NCBI GenBank assembly: GCA_964016885.1
Contig: OZ024740.1
Coordinates: 377,704,001-377,768,000, forward strand
From: Eledone cirrhosa
Taxonomy: Eukaryota
Length of the DNA: 64,000 nt
Direction: 5' to 3'
In this document: one piece after another, positions 1-12,519 of the stretch
Layout: the number at the start of each line of letters is the position of its first letter
Position numbering within the stretch: position 1 is the first letter of the stretch
The notes under the pieces: model-generated
What the model saw: only the letters and a program-made list of their open reading frames with translations
Told to the model about the DNA's origin: nothing
The model's database searches: none
Translations under genes and position numbers: made by a program

Positions 1-833
1 AAGGAGTTCAAGATTTCAAAGCACACTATCGGAAGAAGTGCGCATGTGGATCTTCGAAACAAGTGATGCGAAAAGACCAATTCATGTCTGCAAAGAGAAA
101 GATAACCGTCTAATCCGCGCAAAGTGCTTGTTCAGCTAGTTGAAACTTTTCACTGATAAGAAAAACCTTGATCAGGACCAAAAGGTCAACCGAAGGAAGG
201 GCAGATGATTATGCAGAGATGCTAGAGACGTTCCAATGGTCATGCATACAACTTTTCCTGCAACTGATGGTTCTGGGAGTCATAAGCAACGAGAGATGTC
301 ATGCCTCCTCACCTCATTTCTCGAGGTTTAAGAGACAATGCTGCTGACTATAAGGATATATTGGAGAAGGTTGAGATGCATTGGATAGAAAGCATGAGCA
401 AATGAAACCGTACACCTACCAATAAGTCTACGCCAAGAATAGATGAGTTACAATCTCCACGATCCCGTTATTCCAAACATATGGCTCGTAGCTTCCATGT
501 CCTGGATCTGTTGGATCACTATGCATTGGGCATTGGGCATAGTCGAGAAGGAAGCCAATCAATGCCCTCATAACACTATAAAATCTTTGAAGTCCACCAT
601 AACCAGCACAATGTCCAAAATAGATTTAAAAAATTATCTTATTCGAGCATGTCAACCTTTCAGACCTCGTATTGAAACAGTCATCGATACTAACGGCGGA
701 TTCATTAAGTAGATGCGTCAAGAAGATTATTCATGTCAATCAATTTTTTTCTCAAATAAATTTCTTCTTTCGTGACATATACGTCTTTTACTAAATTCAT
801 GCAAATGTCCTCAAAGAACTGAGCAGCCCTGTA
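1..833 (+). mobile_element. Tc1/mariner-superfamily DNA transposon relic (3' part, frameshifted transposase)
   Basis: Broken frames read DQDQKVNRR, MVLGVISNE and WALGIVEKEANQCPHNTIKSLK...IRACQPFRPRIETVIDTNGGFIK, a typical Tc1/maT DDD C-terminus. Ends in a TIR-like CAGCCCTG followed by TA. Confidence 0.75.
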
Positions 834-2269
834 AAATGGGTTCTTTGTACACTTGTGTTGGTGAAATGTTGTTATCGTGAGGGCTCTATGTATGTTTTTG
901 TGGTGTTTTGCTTTCTTCGGTACGTTATCTGTCTCCGAATGTTGTGGCGGCATTATAAATGAGTGATGTATGATGGGTTCAAATGAAGATTGAAATGGCA
1001 TTACAGTTTATGTTTACCACGAATTTACTCTTTACGAATTGGTATTTCCAAACAGATATGAATAAAACATTGGTTTCTGAATTTACCATAACATCACAAA
1101 TGCGTGGTATAGAGTATAGTAGATTGGATTGACTCACATATGTAAAAGGAATGAATTTATAGATTCCGGGAGTTAAGATAAAATACGAAGTTGACTCCTG
1201 CAGGATTTGAATACAAGACGTAGATAGAAGAACCTAAATATTGTATAGCATCTAGTTAAGTTTCCTTTCAAGATGCCTTCACGTTTTGTTAAATGCTTAA
1301 ATCTACTTATGTTTGTGAATATAATAAACAAAGATTTCCATAAATCTGTTGAGAAAAAAACTGATTATGCTGCTGTTCTGGAAAATGTGTTTGCTTTAAA
1401 TGTGTTAAAATGCAATCAATATTGATTCTCCGCTAGAATAGAAGAGATGTGTCTCCTAGTCATGGCCTGTTCAACCTAAACTAATTTTCTTCCATTAAAA
1501 TACTTGGCATGATGTACACAACACACTTCCCTTAACTAGAGCGGATTATTTCCCTAGCCAACGGGGTATTGAAAAGTAACAATTGACTTCCTCGGCGTAA
1601 TATGGTCTGCAGCTTGTCATAATAATTAGGCAAGATTATTTTCTTTGCAGCAATACTTTAAAAGGTACACAAGGAATTTAGGTTATTCTATCATGCATAC
1701 TAAAGTATATTATACTAATTTAGGGACAAAAAAAGAACACAAATAATTACAAAGCATCAAGTAAATGAAGATGATTATCCCCTAGCCTCGAGGCTCCATA
1801 AGGCCAGAGGTCAACTTCTGTTTGTGTAACATGCAACGCGAGAAAAAGAGATATATTTCCCCTTGGATTGAAGACCTTCCTGAAAATTAATAAAATATTC
1901 GTAAATTCCTCTACGTTGTACTACTGCTGAAAACGAAGCTAGTTATATCACTTGAAATACCTGCAACTAGATAGACTCACCTGTTAACATCAACGGTGCA
2001 CGTTCAAAACCACAATAAACGCAGTAACAGAAAATTAACCACGTTTAGTTGATATAATCATTTGGTAGTTTGTCTGCTAGGCTATTTGTGAATTAAATAT
2101 TAGTTCCTTGTTTGTCTGCTTGAGATCAAATTAAAAACAAAAGTAAGATAAATTAAACAAACTGCCTTTTTTCTCTTTTAACCATGATTTTCTTTAGCAC
2201 ATGAACATAATCAGACGCATACACACACATGCACATACACACAAATACATAGAAATGTATGTATATATA

Positions 2270-2720
2270 TATGTAGATAAATCTACCAAGAGTTTACGGT
2301 AGTGTCCAATCCGTATGAAGAACTCAATGTATTCCGGATATCATGGAAAGAAGAGATGTAATGAAAAATCACTTTCGGTGAAAGATAAACGGTATACAGA
2401 GTCAAGATAAAATATTAAACAAATAATGAATAAAACAATGAAACAGTTCCTTATATTAAACAAAAAAAGTTCATTATTTAACGATCGTTTCTAGGATATA
2501 TATGTGTTAGAATTGGTATGCATATTCAACAGATCTATGTACAAAATTATACAGAATTATACAAACTATCAAGATTAAATATACATACCAACACATATAT
2601 ACGCCGTCTTCAGAAATAATGAAATATATTTATTGATAATAACAACAATTCAAAATTTCAGGTCCGTTTGGGAACAAAATTGACCAATGAAAATACAAAA
2701 GGTTTTATGCAGTTCGGTGT
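2270..2720 (-). mobile_element. Solo PLE pseudo-LTR fragment containing a hammerhead
   Basis: Bounded by TA/TG microsatellite and contains the hammerhead at 2470-2623. Boundaries approximate. Confidence 0.5.
2470..2623 (-). ncRNA. Type I hammerhead ribozyme with very long stem II
   Basis: Minus strand: UUCAUUAUUU-CUGAAGA-(about 115-nt imperfect hairpin)-GAAAC-GAUC-GUU^-AAAUAAUGAA. Stem I is 10 bp and stem III is the palindrome AACGAUCGUU. Confidence 0.75.
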
Positions 2721-2931
2721 GTGTATATATACATGTAACTACCCTTACACATATTTTACAAAAATGTATGCTCAACATGTATAAGCATACCAAAAGGATG
2801 GATGCAAATACAAAATTTCAAGGTTAATGTCTCTGTAAGTTTATAATGCACAGATAAGATGCGTATAGACACATAAATATGAAATAAGTGTATACACATA
2901 TTCTCATACTCACACATATCCGTACAATCAC

Positions 2932-3000
<69 letters not shown>

Positions 3001-3003
<3 letters not shown>

Positions 3004-4690
3004 GTGTATAATGGTAGCTAAGGTGCTTCCATAGGCGGTATGCCAAAATTAACACGTGTATATATTATAAAGAAAACGAAAAATCAGTGATGCATCTGGA
3101 CTTAATTTATTGCGTGTTACAATTGCTTCTCCGGCAGGTAGCTCCAGACGTGGTCCTTGTATGGATCCGGCTGATTCTACTTCTGCAGGTTCATTCAGAA
3201 ACCGTTACCTGGTTTAATGCGCCTTACTCCAAACATGTACGCACCAACGTGCCAGGATATTTCTTCCGAGCGCTAGATGAGTGCTTTCCGCCGACAAACA
3301 AATACCATAACATTTTCAACCGCCACACGGTGAAATTTTCCTTCTCCACAGCGCCTAATATGGCCGACTACATGGCTAAAACTAACGCGATGAAGTTGGC
3401 GCACACTGGCCGTCAACCGCGGCGACAGAGTGACCGTCTTTCGGAGCGCGGAGAACCAACCAGGGACCTACCCTCAAATGACAACCCGGCCCCCGAGGCG
3501 ACCAGAGTGACCCCGGAGGCCGATATGGTACAACACGGAGAGGGAAACAGTGGCATGGGGGGAGACAACAGTGTCGGCGGTACAACACCCTGAAAGCCTT
3601 GAGAGGGCCATAACAGACCGAGGTCCGGACATCGGATGCACAAGAACTGACAGCAGAACTTGTAACTGTAGAGGGGGCACCCGGTGCCCCCTACAGGGAA
3701 AATGCTTGATGAAAGACGTAATATACAAGTGTGTGGTTACAACCCAAAACGCGCATCGCACCTACATTGGCGCAACATCCACGACCTTTAAATCGCGGAT
3801 GTATAATCACACGAATTCCTTCAGGGACCGTAGCAAAAGGCACTCCACTAGGTTAGCGGATCTGGTGTGGGACCTGAAAGACCAAGGCACTCCGTACGCC
3901 CTGGAATGGAGTATCGTTCGCCACGCAAGGGCATATTCGGCCGGAAGTAGAAAGTGCCGATTGTACCTACACGAGGCCATGGAGATAGTCAGACTGAAGG
4001 ATGACGCCATCAACCTGAAGTCTGAAATTATCATGACATGCAGACACCAGAGAAGATGCACATTTGCAGCATGGAATCCTCTGGGTGACGCAGGCATGGG
4101 GCATGGGAACGGGTACGCACAGACTCGATTGGCCCAACGGGAGTAGGGGACATGACGCCATGCCATGATGACGGTGCGCGACCCGTGAGGCAAACATATG
4201 TAAACCAGGGTGCACCTGACCGAGCACATAACATTGGAAGATACATCGCATGGGCCGGGTCCGGCTAACACGGGGTCCACTGCCGCCCGGTCCTGTGCCC
4301 TAAACATATAGAACAACACACCCCAGCCACGGTGCCATGCCCCACGGCGACCGGGACGGGCGTAACCCATGAATGTATACCCCGTCAGTCGTGACTATAT
4401 ACTCTCCACCTGTTCCACTTTGGAACAATGATTACTACTATCATTATTGTTCTATTATTGTTCTGTTACTGTTACCTGGTCTACACACGGACACAGGTTT
4501 TCACCTCATACTACCTGTGTGTAGTATGTCACATGGACACACGTACCTTCTCCTGTACTTCCCCCCTGTTTTTTTATTTTACCTGTTTTTTTATTTGACC
4601 CTTCCTTTTATTCTACCTATTTATGCAGTTACATACAGATTTTAATGTACCCTAAAATATTGTAAATTTATTTATTTATTTATTTTGCTT
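3001..4690 (+). mobile_element. 5'-truncated Penelope-like element related to the 7.7-18.4 kb family, with a short inverted pLTR piece at 3001-3198
   Basis: VTWFNAPYS...IFNRHTVKFSFS (RT C-terminus), a frameshift, then CNCx5CPLxGxC linker and VIY...YIG endonuclease to 4146. T-rich 3' UTR. Starts at a (TA)n tract. Confidence 0.8.
3199..4146 (+). pseudogene. PLE RT C-terminus plus GIY-YIG endonuclease, frameshifted near 3590
   Basis: ORFs 3087-3593 and 3550-4146 align by eye with the C-terminal part of the 16168-17172 protein. Confidence 0.8.
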
Positions 4691-5064
4691 TATTATCATA
4701 TTGTGTTTATATTCGCGTGTTATTATGCGTGGACCTGTGCGTAGACATATGTATGTGTGTGTGTGTGTAGATATGTATATATATATACGTGGGTGTGTGC
4801 GGCGGTGTATATGGACATGGGTGCGTGTGTGCATGAGCTTATATGCGCGTGTATGTGGAGACATGTGCATGTATGTACATATGTGGCGGAAAATGTGTGT
4901 GTATGGGTGTATATGTATGTGTATATGTATATAAACAAATTTGTCAGAAATCTATATTTACTTTCAGGAACGCCTTCGAAATTGTATCCATAATTGTATT
5001 CTAAGAGTTCTTATGGGTTTTCGTTGTTTACTCCAGAGTCACTGTCAACATCTAGTATTAATCT

Positions 5065-5123
<59 letters not shown>

Positions 5124-6320
5124 GGGAGAGAAGTATTTATAGTTTACTTGATATACGCTTTCAAGTAAACTATAATAAGAATATATTTATTGTTTAGAAT
5201 AGATGCGTTCGTTTAGCCACAGGTCAGCCCTGGCCGAAAAGGCTTGTCTTGACGAAATGAGTGGGTGTGATTTACAGATGCATTGCTCCAGATACACCAT
5301 ATCTCTACCTAGTCTATATTCTTTAGTTTCAGATGAACTAGTTTATCATATGGGTTGCATCATGAAAGTTCGACATACTGGTTGTTGGTGGTTTTTTCTA
5401 ATAGGTATCCCAAGATCAAGCAGAACTATGACATGTGAGTAGTCTGCAGAATGCCTAGATGCCATCTATAAATCTATAGCTTCAAATACACCATTTAATT
5501 CCGTATAAACTTCCTATTCTGACATGCGGTCGATAATTGTATGAAGTGTATTAGTAAGTAAATGTGATCATGCTGCACCCTTTTCATTGTCCAGTTTGTT
5601 TCTTTAAATTCTGATGATGACTACAATGGAGTTAGATAAGATAAACTCCATCCGAACAGGTTTAAAGCCTTACTAGTGTTTTTCTAGTATAAGATTAAGT
5701 GTCTTACTCTGAAACATTTTGAAAACTATGCAGTGGATATATGAATACCAGTCGTAACAAAACAGATAATCGAATGGCAGCTTATTTCGTCTTTACAATT
5801 TTGTTTCAAATTTGATACATATATAAAAAGGGTAACATTTCTTTAGCTTATAATTTTGTAGTTGTATTTCTTTCTGATTCTTATAACATATTTAAGTAGT
5901 TAGGAAATAATTCTTCCTTCGAAATACTTTCTAATTATTGAGAAGAGAAGCAGATGGTAAGAATATTCTTTTTCTTTATGTCTATATCTAAAATTCAGAA
6001 AAATAGAATATTATTCAGTTGTTCCAATTAATAATGAATCAGGGTATAAATGAAAATCTCTTAAGTTTTACAAAATCTACATTACGCAATAAGCATTACA
6101 TTGTATATTTATTTTCTTGTTTTTGAAGCAAAGTAGATAAGAAATAGCTTTTCATTTCTGTGTAATCTGAAAGGAATAAGAAGTACGTATTCAAGTATTG
6201 AGAAAAAATTTATACAATATACTCTTTGTACTCTCTAGGTTTTTGATGCCATAAGCAACACACCATTTTTTAAAGTTATGAAATTGATAAGTTTCTAATA
6301 GGAAAATAGTTTCTGCTCGC

Positions 6321-6323
<3 letters not shown>

Positions 6324-6413
<90 letters not shown>

Positions 6414-6503
6414 TAAATATACATATATATACATATATACATATATATATACATATACATATATATACATATATGTATATATATATTTGTGTGTATGTAT
6501 ATG

Positions 6504-6552
<49 letters not shown>

Positions 6553-6672
6553 AAAATATGGGGAGAAGAATACTGCATGGTTGCACATGGATAACATGTT
6601 ATAAAATGAGTCCCTCATCAATATACATATATGCATATATATATATATACATATATATATACATATATATAC

Positions 6673-6728
<56 letters not shown>
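6324..6728. repeat. Compound (TA)n/(TG)n microsatellite block
   Basis: Direct reading. Similar blocks lie at 2935-3000, 7640-7701, 18376-18418, 28615-28740, 34710-34820, 36725-36968, 59505-59607 and 60995-61180. Confidence 0.95.
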
Positions 6729-6730
<2 letters not shown>

Positions 6731-7261
6731 TTGGCGTACCCTTTTGCTGAACATTTGAGGGACATACGACTCGGTTTGGATACTCCCGTTACCCGCCATT
6801 TCCGTTCCCTACATGTCTCAGTTTTTTGGTGTCCTTTTACATCACGGATCACAGGGCTCTCACAATAGGACTGAACAGAATCTGATTTTCCGCCATGGGT
6901 CTTGTTTCCCTAATGGACTCAACTCCCCTCAACAATTTCTTTAATATTACACACATACGTTCGTGCTTACTTCTCCACCCATGCCACCGTCACGTTTACC
7001 CCGTCCGTTGTCGCACATGCGCCTGTACATTCACCCCTATTGCTCTCTTATGGTCAGAAACATATACTCTTACATCAGATGAAGACCAACTAAATACACA
7101 TACAAACCGCTATTTTTCACAGTTCTGTAAACACACACACACACTCCCTTATATTAACATACTTTTGCTCACAGCTTCGTACTTATAAGCGCACACACAC
7201 ACACTGTTTTACTTACATATACACACAAATATCCTCTTAGCTTCGTACAAACGTATAATAA

Positions 7262-7312
<51 letters not shown>

Positions 7313-7630
7313 ACACGCAGACATGTATAGCTCTATATATAAAACGTTTTTTTTCCCCTTTCAGATAGACGCGCTCCATCACCCACTTTTCTAAAAAAAG
7401 GTATATCATACACAAAACGCCAGCATCAACAGTTTTCCAGGAGATGGCAACATGAATGCTATTTTTTTATTCTGCCCTGCCCGTCCATTCAATCTTTCTA
7501 ATTTCTCATTCTTTCTTCTGGTGAAGGACTAGCGTCCAAAACGTTGAGACCTCTTCCTGCTATTTCAAGCGTTAAACTAATATATCCCTTCCATATACTG
7601 TACCGCTTGTATTGCTATTTCTGTTTACAT
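6729..7630 (+). mobile_element. 5'-truncated PLE of a different family: GIY-YIG C-terminus, 3' UTR and degenerate hammerhead
   Basis: Reads [20 protein letters not shown]...[17 protein letters not shown], the PLE endonuclease end motif. The 3' 200 bp recur at 59608-59825. Confidence 0.65.
7514..7549 (+). ncRNA. Degenerate minimal hammerhead
   Basis: UCUU-CUGGUGA-A-GGAC-UAGC-GUCC-AAAAC-GUU^-GAGA. Two core mutations here are wild type in the paralog at 59709-59744. Confidence 0.45.
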
Positions 7631-7664
7631 TTGGCATACATATATATATATATGTGTGTGTGTG

Positions 7665-7705
<41 letters not shown>

Positions 7706-7796
7706 CGAAGGAAATGTGGTAAGGAACCAGGTGGACCATAACGCACCAAAGTACTCAATACTTGAGGTAGTAGAGTGGGTAATAGGAACCAGTAAG

Positions 7797-7889
7797 ACCC
7801 CGACAGCTGAGCTCAAGCCGTTTCGACGGCGAATTCTGGACTAAATGAAATTTATCCTGGTATTTAAATAGCCGATCTTCTCAAGGGGT
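7797..7889 (-). ncRNA. Type I hammerhead ribozyme, U3:A8 core variant (unit A)
   Basis: ACCCC-UUGAGAA-stem II-GAAA-CGGCU-UGAGCUC-AGCUGUC^-GGGGU. Confidence 0.8.
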
Positions 7890-8982
7890 AATTCCATATA
7901 TGGTCAAAGTGATTGTCAAAAATCAGTAGTAATTCTGTGGTTGCAAATTAGTAGGGGAGATGGTGGCTAAACCTGCCAGTAGGAGAAAGAGGGGAGGGGG
8001 TGGAGTAGACCCAATCAAGCGTTGGTAGTGCCAGCTACAGCTGGGCATGAGGTCAAAGAAGATACAGGGGAGGGGGAGGGGGAGGAAGTCGGAACGGTAG
8101 GTAGAACAATGGGGGGTAGAAATAGGAAAGAAAAAATACTGAGAGTGAAGAAAAGCAAATAAGTGTAAAGAAAAAAGTAAAGTAAATTAAATTCTACGAC
8201 CTAGGTGTCAGGCTATTGTTAGGCGAGAATAAAATAAAGAAAGAAAGAAAGAAGTAAATAAATAAATAAATAAATAAATAAGGAAATAAGTAAAAGAACT
8301 AGGTGGGACGAAATAGGCAAGGACCCTTTTAAGAGGTATAAGTACGTAAATGATACGGTGACGGGTCAACAAAAGGGGCCAAAATACTAAAGAGACTACC
8401 ACGAAATAAACAATAAAGGTTTCCATCCCGGGCCAGCAACGGCCCAGTGCAGCAAAGTGAACTTGTACGAGATAATAATTCTGAGTCCCGAGAAAAATAT
8501 ATACTAATGCTAACTCTAAAAGATCTAAAATAAGCTACATGAAAGTTCGTACGAAATAAAGGTAGAATACGGAGAAATAAATTCAGAATCCACCCCGCCC
8601 AGAAGAAAAGCGAAGCAAGAAATACTGAAACGAAAAAATAAGGCATAAGTGCCACTAAGAAATATAGAGGGCACAGAGAATAGTGGGAGCGGTCGGAAAA
8701 AGGGGGCAAGTATCCGGGGTCTAAGCCAACTGCTATAAAGGGCGGAGTCCGCCAAATCTATCAAAGACTAGGGGAGGGGGGTGGGGGTACTAAGGCTACA
8801 TGGGGCCAAAGGGCAGCCTCGGGTGGGCGAGAAAAGACGCCGACAAAGGAGAAGAGCTGGGGTAGAAGGACAAAGGAGAGAGGGGGGAAGGAAATAAAGG
8901 AAGCGATAAAAGAATACAAAGAAGATCTTACGTCTTCCTTGGCAAGCAGGGGTTACCCATTGCAAAATCGGCAACTGGGGTG

Positions 8983-11147
8983 TTATAGCCCTAGTCTACC
9001 CCCCGGGTCATTATGGGGTTTGAGGGCGAGGTAAGTCCTACGCAATCTATGTTTACATGCAGTAACCAGTTCATCTTTCTTGTTTAGGAGTTGGTCCGTC
9101 GAAAACAGCATTTGTAAAGTTTCCTCCGAGCATAAATTGCACGGACGGCGTCCTCCCGTGTAAGAATTGGCTCTGGACAGTAATCTCCAAGTGAGATCAT
9201 AGGTGATGTTGTTGTCCTTGAGGTCCCATATGTGGCCCGAAAGTGTAGTGGCGTGACGCCGGGCCGGGTTTCGGAAGGTATGTCTATGTTGGTATAGCCG
9301 GGTCTTGAAGTCACATGCGGTAAGTCCTATATAGGCTTTGTTGGAGGTATCCGTCCTCACGTTGCACTGGTAGATCACATTACGGTCTCTGCATCTATTG
9401 TCGAGTGGGCAAATAGATCTATCCGGGCAGTTACACCTCCTGGTCGGTTCTCCACTGCTATTTAGGTTATTTCTGCCATCGGGGTTGAGTTTTTTGTTGT
9501 TAGAGGAGACGATGTTTTGTGCGAAGTTTGGTGTAGTGCTGTAAGAGAGTTTGATGGTATTTTTGTTAATTATGTTGTGGTAGCGGTGTTGTAATGGGAA
9601 GTGTTTTTCAATGAGCCTAAAGAATAGTTTCCCGATGGGAGTAGTCACCTCTGCGTTGTGGGAGGATTGAACCATGTTACATTGCGTGAGCGGCGGTGTC
9701 TCCTGCTGGTTCCGCTAATGGGAGCTGGACAGTAGGATATTTCCTCCCGGAAACCACTCCGCTTGAGGGCCTGGTTGTAATAAGGCGCATGTTCATCGAA
9801 TATCCGCTCATTAGCTGACAAACGGGATATGCGGAGGGAGATGTTTTTGACCAGGTTGTTTGTGATGTTCCTAGGATGGTTTGATCGGCGGTGGATGTAG
9901 TGCAGATTGTCATTAGGTTTCCTGTATGGGTAGTACAGGTCATTTTCGAGGTCGAGGGTTACGTCCAGGAAGTTTACTCGGGTCAGGGACGTTTGTAGGG
10001 TTATTTTAAATCCCCAGTCGCGGAAGAATCTGATTAATTGTTTCCGGACCCGATCTGTACTACTGGGGTTGTACCCTTTAAGGGTAAGGAGCCCATCATC
10101 ACGGTACAATCCACCACCGAATGCAGGAAACATATCAGTGAGTTTGGCTATTAGGAATAATCCTATAAGATCAGTGACCTCCGCCGAATCCGTGGCGCCC
10201 ATGCTGACGTCGAAGGGTGAGTCGGGAGCTCTTTTTATCCATTTAGAGTCGTCAAAGAGTAAGACTGTCTTCCTGGCGTGGAGGATGATTTTTCTTTCCT
10301 GGTCGGTGATGGGCACGAGTGTTTCGGCGAAGTCCAAGGCGGCAGTAAGTAGCGGTAAGGTGATTGAAGCATAGTAGCTCTCTATGTCGAACTGTATGAA
10401 TTTAGTTTCTCGTTTATCCTCCATATTGCTGAACCAGGAGATTACTTCCTGGGTGTTGATCCATAGGCTAAGTCGGGTGTGTTGCTTGACTTTTGGTATC
10501 ACGCGGTCTAGGATTTTTTTGCTGATTCTCCCTATGTCGGACTTCGTTGGGTTAATAAGCCTGATGGAGGGTTTACGGTCAAAATCGGATTTATGGTCCT
10601 TCAGTGTGAAGTATGGTGTCCGTGGGTCTAGAGGTTCCGTGCGGTCGGCGACCCCGAGGCTGGAGGTGATTTGTTGTCCATCTCGATTTATGTCCTCGAT
10701 GCAAGAGTGGTTGGCCTTTTTATAGGTGGAGTTTAGGCTGCTCCTGATCAGTGTGTGGTATCTGTCAGGGTTGACAAAGTATAGGTTCCCAGTTTTATCC
10801 GAATGCACCATGATGTCATTTGTGTTATCATACTCTGTTAAGTTGCTACGGAGTTTTTGTAGGAATCGGTTGTGTCTGGGTTTAAATTTAATGTTCTTGA
10901 CCAGTTGGAAGAGGTCATTCTCGAAGGGTGCGAGCAAGGGGTTCAGGGGCGGAGATTTGTAGGTAATAAATCCGAATCTCTCCTTGGTGCCGAAGTCTTG
11001 GTTGTCGCGATATCTGTCATAGAAAAAAGTTCTCCATCTAAGTCTTTTCGCAAATAGATCAATTTTTTGCGTGAGCATCCGAAGGTAAAGTTTTTTCGGT
11101 GGGATTGGGATGTTCTTGGTAGAGAAGTCAATGTTGTGTTTTCGCAT
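8983..11147 (-). CDS. PLE polyprotein RT plus GIY-YIG, about 721 aa, with a 1-bp frameshift near 9660
   Basis: MRKHNIDFSTKNIPIP start. RT motifs FIQFDIESYY, MGATDSAEV and GLYRDDGL, then CNCPDRSICPLDNRC and VIYQC...YIG. The join is in frame in the plus-strand copy (16168-17172). Confidence 0.9.
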
Positions 11148-11332
11148 GGTGCGGGTGAAATGAATTGAGCTTAGCGGAAAAGTCTGGATACGGCGTGGTA
11201 GGGTCGGAAAGTGCTCTACTACGGGAGTAGGAGCTAGATAACGAAGGAAATGTGGTAAGGAACCAGGTGGACCATAACGCACCAAAGTACTCAATACTTG
11301 AGGTAGTAGAGTGGGTAATAGGAACCAGTAAG

Positions 11333-11426
11333 ACCCCGACAGCTGAGCTCAAGCCGTTTCGACGGCTAATTCTGGACTAAATGAAAATTTATCCTGGTAT
11401 TTAAATAGCCGATCTTCTCAAGGGGT
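11333..11426 (-). ncRNA. Type I hammerhead ribozyme, U3:A8 core variant (unit B)
   Basis: Same fold as 18267-18360, with stem II CGGCUA/UAGCCG fully paired in this copy. Confidence 0.8.
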
Positions 11427-12519
11427 AATTCCATATATGGTCAAAGTGATTGTCAAAAATCAGTAGTAATTCTGTGGTTGCAAATTAGTAGGGGAGATGG
11501 TGGCTAAACCTGCCAGTAGGAGAAAGAGGGGAGGGGGTGGAGTAGACCCAATCAAGCGTTGGTAGTGCCAGCTACAGCTGGGCATGAGGTCAAAGAAGAT
11601 ACAGGGGAGGGGGAGGGGGAGGAAGTCGGAACGGTAGGTAGAACAATGGGGGGTAGAAATAGGAAAGAAAAAATACTGAGAGTGAAGAAAAGCAAATAAG
11701 TGTAAAGAAAAAAGTAAAGTAAATTAAATTCTACGACCTAGGTGTCAGGCTATTGTTAGGCGAGAATAAAATAAAGAAAGAAAGAAAGAAGTAAATAAAT
11801 AAATAAATAAATAAATAAGGAAATAAGTAAAAGAACTAGGTGGGACGAAATAGGCAAGGACCCTTTTAAGAGGTATAAGTACGTAAATGATACGGTGACG
11901 GGTCAACAAAAGGGGCCAAAATACTAAAGAGACTACCACGAAATAAACAATAAAGGTTTCCATCCCGGGCCAGCAACGGCCCAGTGCAGCAAAGTGAACT
12001 TGTACGAGATAATAATTCTGAGTCCCGAGAAAAATATATACTAATGCTAACTCTAAAAGATCTAAAACAAGCTACATGAAAGTTCGTACGAAATAAAGGT
12101 AGAATACGGAGAAATAAATTCAGAATCCACCCCGCCCAGAAGAAAGGCGAAGCAAGAAATACTGAAACGAAAAAATAAGGCATAAGTGCCACTAAGAAAT
12201 ATAGAGGGCACAGAGAATAGTGGGAGCGGTCGGAAAAGGGGGGCAAGTATCCGGGGTCTAAGCCAACTGCTATAAAGGGCGGAGTCCGCCAAATCTATCA
12301 AAGACTAGGGGAGGGGGGTGGGGGTACTAAGGCTACATGGGGCCAAAGGGCAACCTCGGGTGGGCGAGAAAAGACGCCGACAAAGGAGAAGAGCTGGGGT
12401 AGAAGGACAAAGGAGAGAGGGGGGAAGGAAATAAAGGAAGCGATAAAAGAATACAAAGAAGATCTTACGTCTTCCTTGGCAAGCAGGGGTTACCCATTGC
12501 AAAATCGGCAACTGGGGTG

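Noticed and set aside
5607-5675. Hammerhead-like CTGATGA...GAACAGG
   Set aside because: GAAA is incomplete and there is no convincing stem I. At best a dead relic.
6276-6868. ORFs rich in YI, HT, CV or ER repeats here and elsewhere
   Set aside because: Translations of dinucleotide microsatellites.
11148-11294. N-terminal extension of the 549-aa ORF from a non-ATG start
   Set aside because: It runs through the pLTR tail. The first ATG at 11147 precedes the conserved-looking KNIPIP motif.
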